Source: a virus (lineage: Duplodnaviria; Caudoviricetes). From it: 28,644 nucleotides of DNA. Where the stretch lies: the IMG/VR virus record IMGVR_UViG_3300033416_000025, positions 1 through 28,644 of that record; one strand, written 5' to 3'. Shown piece by piece: positions 1-7,203 of the stretch; positions within the stretch are counted from its first letter, which is position 1; every line of letters begins with the position of its first letter. The translations under genes were made by a program, and so were the position numbers. The notes below the pieces were generated by a model that worked only from the letters and a program-made list of their open reading frames with translations, ran no database searches and was not told where the DNA came from.

Positions 1-2
1 GG

Positions 3-1052
3 GGTCTGTGGGACGTGCTGCGGCAGGGGCAGGGCACGCGCACCGAGCCGCTCTTCTTCGGGATCACCACCGCCGGCGCCGGCCGCGAGGGGCTCGCGTG
101 GGCGGAACACGAACACGCGCGCATGGTCAACGAGCGGACCGTCACGGATCCGCGGCTGCTGGCTATGGTCTACACGGTGCCCGAGGATGCGGACTGGCGC
201 GACGAGTCGCTCTGGGTGCTGGCGAACCCGTCACTCGACGACTTCCTCCGCCGCGACGATCTCCGTGAGGCGATCGAGAAAGCGGCGCATACGCCGAGCG
301 AGGAACACGGCGTGCGCCGGCTGCGGCTGAACCAGTGGGTCGCGGCCGAGACCAAGTGGCTCGACCTCAACGCGTGGGAGCGCTGCGGCGGCCTCGTCGA
401 CGAGTCCGCGCTCCAGGGCCGGCCGTTCTACGGCGGGATCGATATCAGCCACTCGCGCGACTTCACCGCGTGGGTGATGTTCTTCCCTGACGACGAGGAG
501 AGCAACATCCTGCGCGGATCCGTGGTCGCGCACTTCTGGATGCCGGAGGCGGCGCTGGAGACGCATCGGCAGATGATGCGTCCGGATCTGGAGGCGTGGG
601 CGCGCGCCGGCTTCCTCACGCTCTGTCCGGGCGACCGGGTGGATCTGCGGATGCTGCGCGATCAAGTGCTCAAGGACTGCGAGCGCTACGAGCTCCGCGA
701 GATCGGCTTCGATCGCTACCACGCGCACGGCGTGATCGACGACCTCGCCGAGGTGCTCGGCGCCGACAGCATGGTCGACGTGTCGCAGGGCTTTATGGGG
801 ATGAACGCGCCGGCGAAGGAGCTCGAAGACATGGTGGCCTCGGGCCGCCTCAACCATGGGGGGAATCCGATCCTCCGGTGGATGGCCTCCAACGCCGTCG
901 CCGACGTGGATCGTGACGACCATATCCGACCGAGCAGAATGTCGTCCGCGGACAAGATCGACGGGATCATGGGCTTGTGCACGGCGCTGGAAAGAGCAAT
1001 CGCAAACCAACAGGACACGAGTGTCCCTGGTATCGAGGTGATAGAGCTGTGA
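3..1052 (+). CDS. terL: Terminase large subunit, 5'-truncated by the window edge
   Basis: Frame is open from position 3 (GLWDVLRQGQGTR...). It has the ITTAG coupling motif and nuclease-domain motifs GGIDISHSRDFTA, GFDRY and KIDG, and lies directly upstream of the portal gene. Confidence 0.95.
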   Translation, partial: GLWDVLRQGQGTRTEPLFFGITTAGAGREGLAWAEHEHARMVNERTVTDPRLLAMVYTVPEDADWRDESLWVLANPSLDDFLRRDDLREAIEKAAHTPSEEHGVRRLRLNQWVAAETKWLDLNAWERCGGLVDESALQGRPFYGGIDISHSRDFTAWVMFFPDDEESNILRGSVVAHFWMPEAALETHRQMMRPDLEAWARAGFLTLCPGDRVDLRMLRDQVLKDCERYELREIGFDRYHAHGVIDDLAEVLGADSMVDVSQGFMGMNAPAKELEDMVASGRLNHGGNPILRWMASNAVADVDRDDHIRPSRMSSADKIDGIMGLCTALERAIANQQDTSVPGIEVIEL

Positions 1053-2419
1053 GTTGGTACAACCCTGTGGACTGGTTCACAAAGCGAGTTCCGCTGGAGG
1101 CCGAGCCGGAAGAGCGCGCGCCGATCGACCGTTTCGACGTGGGCGCCCTGGTGGCACCGAAGAGCCCGAGCGGCAAGTCGATCACCGAGGCGACGGCGCT
1201 GGAGGGCACGGTGGCCGTCTTCGCTGCGGTCTCCCTGCTCGCCGACAGTGTCGGCCAACTCCCCTGCCTGACGTACCGCCGGCTCGACGAGCGCAACCGC
1301 GAGCGGATCTCCGAGACGCCGGAGCGCTTTCCGGGCAGCCTCGCGCGTACCCTGCACCAATCGCCGAATCCGGAGATGACGGCGCCGGAGTACTGGGGCA
1401 CCGTCGTCGGCCACGCGGCGACTTGGGGGAACCACTTCTCCTACATCGTCCGCGATCCCTACGGCCGGACGAAGGAGCTCTGGCCGCTGCGGCCGGACCG
1501 GATGGAGGTCTGGCAGCTCGAAGGCCGGCAGGGTATGCCGGCGGCGCGCGCCTACGTCTACCACCTGCCGGACGGCAAGCCGGTCGGGCTGACGCGCAAC
1601 GAGGTCTTTCATGTAATGGCGTTGTCGAGTGACGGAATCACCGGGATGAGCCCGATCTCCGCCGCGGCCAACGCGATCGGGATCGAGCAGGCGGCCGCGG
1701 AGTACACGGCGCGCTTCTTCGCGAACAGCGCCGTACCCGGCGGCGTGCTGCAGTCCGAGAAGGCGCTCACCAAGGAGCAGAGCAAACACCTGAAGGAGCA
1801 GTGGCAGTCGATCGTCGGCGGGCTCTCCAACGCCAACCGGATCGCCGTCCTGCACTCCGGCGTCACGTGGCAGGCCGTCGGCCTGCCGCCGCGCGACAAC
1901 GAGTTCTTGGAGCTCCGGCGCTTCCAGATCCAAGAGGTCGCGCGCCTCTTCCGGATCCCGCTGCACCTCCTGCAGGAGAACACCGGATCGACCTCGTGGG
2001 GCACCGGCATCGAGCAGATGACGATCGGGTTCGTGGTCTTCTGCCTGAACCCGTGGGTCGGTCGGATCACCGCGGCGATCAACCGCGATCTCGGCGACGT
2101 GGCGGCCAACAAGACGCTCCTCGACGAGGGGATCTACGCCGAGTTCCAAGTGAACGCGCTGCTCCGCGGCGACATGGCCTCGCGCGCCGCCTTCTACCAG
2201 TCCGGCATCCAAAACTCGTGGATGACGCCCGAGGACGTGCGCGCCTTCGAGAACCTCCCCTACATTCCCGGCATCGACCGGCCTCAGATCCAAGTGAACC
2301 GCGCGCCGATCGGCGTCGACGGTCTCCCGCAACTACCCGAGCCGCCGGCGCCGCCGGCGCCCAGCGAGCCGCCGGAGGAGCCGGCGGACGGCGATCCCTC
2401 CGAGGAGGATGAACAGTGA
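1049..2419 (+). CDS. Phage portal protein, HK97 family
   Basis: Motifs GNHFSYIVRD..G....LWPLRPDRM, GITGMSPI, FFANSAVPGGVL, EVARLFRIP, MTPEDVRAFENLP. Start placed at GTG 1049 (GTGA overlap with the terL stop, GAGGTG upstream). Pro/acidic C-terminal tail. Confidence 0.95.
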   Translation: MSWYNPVDWFTKRVPLEAEPEERAPIDRFDVGALVAPKSPSGKSITEATALEGTVAVFAAVSLLADSVGQLPCLTYRRLDERNRERISETPERFPGSLARTLHQSPNPEMTAPEYWGTVVGHAATWGNHFSYIVRDPYGRTKELWPLRPDRMEVWQLEGRQGMPAARAYVYHLPDGKPVGLTRNEVFHVMALSSDGITGMSPISAAANAIGIEQAAAEYTARFFANSAVPGGVLQSEKALTKEQSKHLKEQWQSIVGGLSNANRIAVLHSGVTWQAVGLPPRDNEFLELRRFQIQEVARLFRIPLHLLQENTGSTSWGTGIEQMTIGFVVFCLNPWVGRITAAINRDLGDVAANKTLLDEGIYAEFQVNALLRGDMASRAAFYQSGIQNSWMTPEDVRAFENLPYIPGIDRPQIQVNRAPIGVDGLPQLPEPPAPPAPSEPPEEPADGDPSEEDEQ

Positions 2420-3348
2420 AGACCGATTACATCGTCGAGCGGCGCTTCGTCCCGCTCGAAGACGTGGAGGTGCGCGACGACGGCGCCACGCTGAACTTCC
2501 GCGGCCACGCCGCGGTGTTCGACGAGATCACGGACCTCGGTCCGTGGCGCGAGCAGATCGCCAAGGGCGCCTTCAAGAAGACGATCCGCGAGGCGGACGT
2601 GCGCTTCCTCTACAACCACGAGCCGGACAGTGTGATGGCGCGCACAAAGAACGGCACGCTCCGGCTCGCCGAGGACGCCGTCGGCCTGCAGTCCGACGCC
2701 GACCTCGATCCGAGCGATTGGGACGTGCAACGGCTGGCGCCCAAGCTGCGCGCGCGCAACGTCGACCAGATGAGCTTCGCGTTCCGCGTCGTCGGCGCCG
2801 CCGGCGAATCGTGGGACGACGAGCCGGAGGACGGCGGCAAGCCGATCCGTACCCTGCGCGAGCTCGCGCTCTTCGACGTGTCGGCCGTCACCTTCCCGGC
2901 CTATCCGCAGACCGACGGCGGCCTGCGCGCGAGCATCAACGCCGTGGCCGAGCGCCGCGGCATGGTGGTCTCGTGGGACGACGAGCTGCCGGCGTCGCCG
3001 GCCGCTTCAGGCACCGAGGATCCGGGCTTCTTCGCGCGCGGTCACCTCGCCAAGGGCGATCGGCAGGTGCTCCGCGATCTGATCGTCGCCGCCGACACCG
3101 AGCCCGAGCTCGTCGCCGCCGAGGATCGCGCCGGCGAAGCGCAAGAAGAGCTCGCCGAGACCGATGTAGAAGATACCGGGGCGCCGGCGCCTGCCGACGC
3201 GCCCGTGATCGAAGAAGCACCTGAGCCGCTCGACGACGCCGCGCCGGCCGCCGAGGATCCGCAAGGCCAAGAGGATCCGGAGGCACCACGCGGAATGGAC
3301 GCCGCAGCACTGTGGGCGCGTCTCATGGAACTACAGAACACGCTCTGA
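2416..3348 (+). CDS. HK97-family prohead (capsid maturation) protease with long acidic C-terminal extension
   Basis: FRGHAAVFD, EQIAKGAF, FLYNHE (His), DQMSFAF (Ser), LFDVSAVTFPAYPQT. GTGA overlap with the portal stop. Confidence 0.93.
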   Translation: MKTDYIVERRFVPLEDVEVRDDGATLNFRGHAAVFDEITDLGPWREQIAKGAFKKTIREADVRFLYNHEPDSVMARTKNGTLRLAEDAVGLQSDADLDPSDWDVQRLAPKLRARNVDQMSFAFRVVGAAGESWDDEPEDGGKPIRTLRELALFDVSAVTFPAYPQTDGGLRASINAVAERRGMVVSWDDELPASPAASGTEDPGFFARGHLAKGDRQVLRDLIVAADTEPELVAAEDRAGEAQEELAETDVEDTGAPAPADAPVIEEAPEPLDDAAPAAEDPQGQEDPEAPRGMDAAALWARLMELQNTL

Positions 3349-3364
3349 AAGGAGCCAAGTACCA

Positions 3365-4582
3365 ATGACCATCCTCGAAATGAAGGCGCAGCGCGCGAAC
3401 ATCTGGGAACAGATGAAGACGCTCGCCTCCCGCTCCGAGGAAGAGAAGCGCACCCTGACGGGTGAAGAGCAGACGGTATGGGACCGCATGGAGGCCGATC
3501 TCGAAGACCTCCGCGTCAAGGTCGAGCACGCCGAGCAGGCCGAGCGCCTCGAAGCGCTCCGCGCCTCGCTCGACAAGGCGAACGATCCGCAGCGCCACTA
3601 CCGTACGCCCGAGCAGATCTTCCTCGATGAGGCGCGCTCGCTGTTCCGCGGCGACTCGCGCGTTCTCAGCATCCCCTACAGCCAAGCCGACGTGCGTACC
3701 GCTCTCCAGGTGGGCGCCACTCCGGGCTCGAAGGTCATCGCTCCGGACTTCCTCCGGGTGCTCCGCGAGTACCTGATCGAGTTCTCGGGCATCCGGCAGG
3801 CTGGCTGCACGCTGCTTGTCACCAACGGTGGCGAGACCATGACCATCCCGCGTGCGACCGCTCATCCGACGGCCGCGCTCATCGGTGAGACCTCGCAGAT
3901 CACCGAGTCCGAGCCGACCTTCGACCAGGTCGCGCTGGAGGCGTACAAGTACGCGAACCTGCAGTACCTCACCTCCGAGTTCTTGGAGGACGAGGTCGTC
4001 GGCGTGCTCGACTACCTCGCACGCCAGAACGGTATGGCGCTCGCGAACGCCATGGGCAACGACATGATCACCGGCGCCGGCACGGCCGGACCGCTCGGTA
4101 TGTGTCACGCCACGAACGGCGTCGATGTCGGCAAGACCGGCACCACCGGCCAGACCACCACGGTGACCGGCGACGATCTCGTCGACCTGTACCACTCGAT
4201 CCTTCCGGGCTACCGCAACCGCGCCGTCTTCATGATGAGCGACGCGACCGTCGCGGCGATCCGCAAGATCAAGGATCTGGCATCGGGCAGCAACCAGTAC
4301 CTCTGGCAGCCGGGTCTGACCGCCGGCGCGCCGGATCTGCTGCTGGGCAAGGCGATCGTGGTCGATCCCTACGTGCCGGATATGTCGGCCAGCGTGAAGT
4401 CGATCCTCTTCGGCGACTTCTCGGCCGGCTACTACATCCGTGAGGTCGGCAACGTCCGCATCGAGCGCTCCGACGACTTCAAGTTCGACACCGATATCGT
4501 CACCCTCCGCACCATCATGCGGGTGGACGGTACGATCGTCGACGCGCAGGCCGTCAAGGCGTACAAGAACAGCGCGACGTGA
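3365..4582 (+). CDS. Major capsid protein, HK97 fold, with N-terminal coiled-coil delta domain
   Basis: Charged helical N-terminal ~100 aa, then IGETSQITESEPTFDQVAL, IRKIKD..NQYLWQP, LLGKAI, ILFGDFS, RVDG. RBS AAGGAG upstream. Confidence 0.96.
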   Translation: MTILEMKAQRANIWEQMKTLASRSEEEKRTLTGEEQTVWDRMEADLEDLRVKVEHAEQAERLEALRASLDKANDPQRHYRTPEQIFLDEARSLFRGDSRVLSIPYSQADVRTALQVGATPGSKVIAPDFLRVLREYLIEFSGIRQAGCTLLVTNGGETMTIPRATAHPTAALIGETSQITESEPTFDQVALEAYKYANLQYLTSEFLEDEVVGVLDYLARQNGMALANAMGNDMITGAGTAGPLGMCHATNGVDVGKTGTTGQTTTVTGDDLVDLYHSILPGYRNRAVFMMSDATVAAIRKIKDLASGSNQYLWQPGLTAGAPDLLLGKAIVVDPYVPDMSASVKSILFGDFSAGYYIREVGNVRIERSDDFKFDTDIVTLRTIMRVDGTIVDAQAVKAYKNSAT

Positions 4583-4600
4583 TCCGAGGGGGTCTGAACA

Positions 4601-4981
4601 ATGGCCGTCCTCAAGGGTAACGCCGCCAGTCTGAAGCTCTCGACCAACACGGTCGCGGAGATGCAGAACTGGGAGCTGTCCGTGGAGCAAGAGTTCCAAG
4701 ACACCACGTCGTTCCTTGATACATTCAGGGAACAAACTCCGACGTTCGCGACTTGGACCGCCACCGCGGCCGGCAAGGTCGACACGACCGACACCAACGG
4801 GCAGGTGGCTCTGCAGACCGCATGGCTCGCCGGCTCGACGGTAACACCGCGCTTCTACATCGACTCGACGCACTACTACAGCGGGACGGCGTACGTCTCC
4901 GCCAACGTGGGTGCTGCGGTTGATGGAATCGTGGAGATCAACTACTCCTTCCAGGGGGCAGGTACGCTAGCGTACACGTGA
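4601..4981 (+). CDS. Putative tail tube (major tail) protein, short form (paralogue 1)
   Basis: Pattern MAVLKG...VAEMQNWELSVEQEFQDTTSF.DTFREQ.P...W....SGTAYVS.NVGAAVDGIVEINYSFQGAG resembles minimal siphovirus tube proteins. Aligns by eye with 13234-13884. RBS GAGGGGG. Confidence 0.72.
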   Translation: MAVLKGNAASLKLSTNTVAEMQNWELSVEQEFQDTTSFLDTFREQTPTFATWTATAAGKVDTTDTNGQVALQTAWLAGSTVTPRFYIDSTHYYSGTAYVSANVGAAVDGIVEINYSFQGAGTLAYT

Positions 4982-5008
4982 TCCCTCTAGCGGGAGCTGG
5001 TACGACCT

Positions 5009-5036
5009 GAGCGGGCGGCGGTAACGCCGCCCGCTC
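5009..5036 (+). terminator. Strong hairpin: 12-bp stem with GTAA (GNRA) loop, possible terminator or mRNA stabiliser
   Basis: GAGCGGGCGGCG-GTAA-CGCCGCCCGCTC is a perfect inverted repeat 28 nt after the stop of 4601-4981. There is no U-tract. Confidence 0.6.
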
Positions 5037-5091
5037 GCTACCGGGGCCGGCGCGCAGCGTCGGCGACCGATCACCACCCAACCTACCATCG

Positions 5092-5110
5092 GGGCGGCCA
5101 CTGGCCGCCC
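5092..5110 (+). promoter_or_regulatory. Second intergenic inverted repeat just upstream of the RBS of 5132
   Basis: GGGCGGCCA-C-TGGCCGCCC perfect inverted repeat. Function unknown. Confidence 0.35.
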
Positions 5111-5131
5111 AACGGCTGTAAGGAGCCAAGC

Positions 5132-5359
5132 ATGGCAGTGAAACACCTCGTCAAGATCCACGTCCTCGTGTCCTTCGGTCCGCTCGCGCGCATGGGCTTC
5201 AAGTGCGACTCGATCGCCGAGGTCGAGGCGCGGTTGGCGGCCGACATGGTCAAGATGGGCCACGCCGAGCTCGTGCCCGTGCCGGAGCCCAAGAAGAAGT
5301 CCGTGCCGGACAAGCCGGAGCAGCGGCCGGCGCCGGCGGAAGAGGTTGAGGTCCGATGA
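5132..5359 (+). CDS. Small hypothetical protein of the post-capsid type (75 aa)
   Basis: RBS AAGGAG, ATGA overlap with the next gene. EV....A..MV..G.AE.V pattern with a Lys/Pro/Glu tail, as often seen downstream of capsid genes. Confidence 0.7.
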   Translation: MAVKHLVKIHVLVSFGPLARMGFKCDSIAEVEARLAADMVKMGHAELVPVPEPKKKSVPDKPEQRPAPAEEVEVR

Positions 5360-5898
5360 GCGTCCAGATCCCGATCCCGCTGCCGGCGGTCGGCGTCTAC
5401 GCCGCCGCGCAGACCAACGCCGTGCTCGTCGCCAACGGCGACACCACGCGCAAGATCGTCATCGACTGGATCGTGCCGGCGAACGGTGCGACCGCCGGCG
5501 AGATCAAGCTCCTGAACGGTATCAGCCTGTCCAACGCGACGATCACGGCGATCTCGCAGGCTTCGCCGACCGTGGTCACCTGCGGGGCGAACATCCCCAC
5601 CGGCAGCCAAGTGACGATCACCGGATCCAACTCGACGCCGTCGATCAACGGCACGCATACCGTGACCAACGTCGACGCGACGAAGTTCTCGATCCCGGTC
5701 GCCGTCACCGTCGCCGGCACCGCCGGCACCGTCGATATCCTCTACGGCGATCCGGTCCTCGACGCCTTCGTGCCGATCGACACCGCGCCGTTCCTTCCGT
5801 GCCACGTCGAGTTGACGGCGGGCCTCGGTCTCTACGTGACGAGCGTCACCGTGACCACGCACCGCGTCAACGTCGGCTACCACTTCGAGACCGTCTAA
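5356..5898 (+). CDS. Putative virion protein containing an inserted E1-FCCH-like small beta domain
   Basis: Thr/Val/Gly-rich beta protein. The segment ITAISQASPTVVT...TGSQVTITGSNSTPSINGTHTVTNVDATKFSI matches the FCCH-like module common in phage structural proteins. Confidence 0.65.
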   Translation: MSVQIPIPLPAVGVYAAAQTNAVLVANGDTTRKIVIDWIVPANGATAGEIKLLNGISLSNATITAISQASPTVVTCGANIPTGSQVTITGSNSTPSINGTHTVTNVDATKFSIPVAVTVAGTAGTVDILYGDPVLDAFVPIDTAPFLPCHVELTAGLGLYVTSVTVTTHRVNVGYHFETV

Positions 5899-5913
5899 GG
5901 AGGCGGGTAAGCT

Positions 5914-6783
5914 ATGGCAGGCCTGAGTAACAACCTTGAGAACGAGGCACTCGACCACCTCACCAACGTGGGCAGTTACACCTGCCCCACCACACTCTAC
6001 CTCGCGCTCTTCACCACCAACGGCGACTTCGAGACCGGCGCCTACGCCGGCTTCACCGAGGTCACCGGCGGCGGCTACGCCCGCAAGAGCGTCACCATGT
6101 CAACGACCAACTGGAACAACGCCGCCGACGCCTCGCCAAACGGCAAGAAGGTCACGAACAAGGGGACGTCCGCCTTTCAGTGGTCGGCCGCCTCTGCCAA
6201 CTGGGGCACCGTCAACGGCGCCGCATTGGTCAGCACCTCGTCTGGTACGTGGGAGGGCACCGGCATCGGCCTCTCCTTCGGTGCCGCGCTGACCACGCCG
6301 AAGCAAGTCGACAACGGTGACACATTCGAGTTCCCGGCGGACTCGATCGAGCTGTCGCTGGACAAGGCGACCGAAGCCGGCATCTCCGACTTCTGGAAGG
6401 CCGAGATCCTCGATCACATCACCAAGACCGACGCCTCCTACGGGGCGCCGACGACCGGCTACGTGGCGCTGTTCACCGCCGAGCCCAACTACATCACCGG
6501 CGCCGGCGGCACCGAGTGCTCCGGCAGCGCCTACGCGCGCGAGCCGGTGACCATGGCGACCGGTTGGGAAATCGCCGCCTCCGGTGCGACCGCCAACAAC
6601 GGCGCGATCACGTTCGAGACCGCGACCGGCGACTGGGGCACCATCCTCGGCGCCATGCTGGTCAGCACGGTGTCGGGTGCCTTCGACGCGTTCGCCGGCA
6701 AGACGCTGACCGCCAGCAAGGCGGTCGGCAACGGGGACACGTTCTCGATCGCCGACAACGACTTCGATATCACCCTCGACTGA
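5914..6783 (+). CDS. Putative fibre-associated structural protein made of two tandem homologous domains
   Basis: Two copies of S.....E.LDH.T....Y..PTT.Y.ALFT.....E..G..YAR..VTM...W...A....N.....WGT..GA.LVST.SG.....LT..K.V.NGDTF.......LD (about 5917-6363 and 6376-6780). RBS AAGGAGG. Confidence 0.8.
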   Translation: MAGLSNNLENEALDHLTNVGSYTCPTTLYLALFTTNGDFETGAYAGFTEVTGGGYARKSVTMSTTNWNNAADASPNGKKVTNKGTSAFQWSAASANWGTVNGAALVSTSSGTWEGTGIGLSFGAALTTPKQVDNGDTFEFPADSIELSLDKATEAGISDFWKAEILDHITKTDASYGAPTTGYVALFTAEPNYITGAGGTECSGSAYAREPVTMATGWEIAASGATANNGAITFETATGDWGTILGAMLVSTVSGAFDAFAGKTLTASKAVGNGDTFSIADNDFDITLD

Positions 6784-6792
6784 TAACGCGCC

Positions 6793-7200
6793 GTGCCAGC
6801 GGCGACTCTGACAGAACTACTCGCGGGCCTACCCGCCGACGAGCGCATCGCTCGTAAGGCGGAAGCCTTGGCACGCCTTCTCGCCGACGGTGCCTACACC
6901 GTCGGCAACAAGTCCGTGCCGATCGAGCGGTTCACCACGTGGACGATCGACGGCGTGACGCTGCACCTGGTCGCCGTGCGGTACATCGCCGACTACGGCT
7001 GCCTCGGCGTGATCGTCACCGCGGAGGACGCCGGCGGTCCGCTGCCGGCGCCGCCGATCGCGGGCGAACACTGGATCGTCAACCCGCCCATCTGCGTCCA
7101 CGACGGCGAGACGGTGGTCGAGAGCATCGTCGCCGCGTGCCAGCAGTCCATCTACGAGGCCGTGGTCGCCTACGCGCGTAACCACGGCTGGGGCGGCTGA
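6793..7200 (+). CDS. Hypothetical protein (135 aa)
   Basis: Fills the gap between two structural genes with high-GC3 codons. Has a WIVNPPI motif. Start uncertain because no clear RBS. Confidence 0.65.
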   Translation: MPAATLTELLAGLPADERIARKAEALARLLADGAYTVGNKSVPIERFTTWTIDGVTLHLVAVRYIADYGCLGVIVTAEDAGGPLPAPPIAGEHWIVNPPICVHDGETVVESIVAACQQSIYEAVVAYARNHGWGG

Positions 7201-7203
7201 GCC

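Noticed and set aside
977-1048. Portal start at 977 from the ORF track
   Set aside because: It overlaps terL by 76 nt. GTG 1049 has an RBS and a GTGA coupling.
2809-2986. 16-bp direct repeat TCGTGGGACGACGAGC (2809-2824, 2971-2986) as an att site or target duplication
   Set aside because: Both copies are in-frame SWDDE codons within an intact protease gene, with no mobile element between them.
5530-5700. FCCH-like domain as a sign of a ubiquitin-like system
   Set aside because: This small beta module is common in phage structural proteins, and no E1, E2 or Ubl genes are present.
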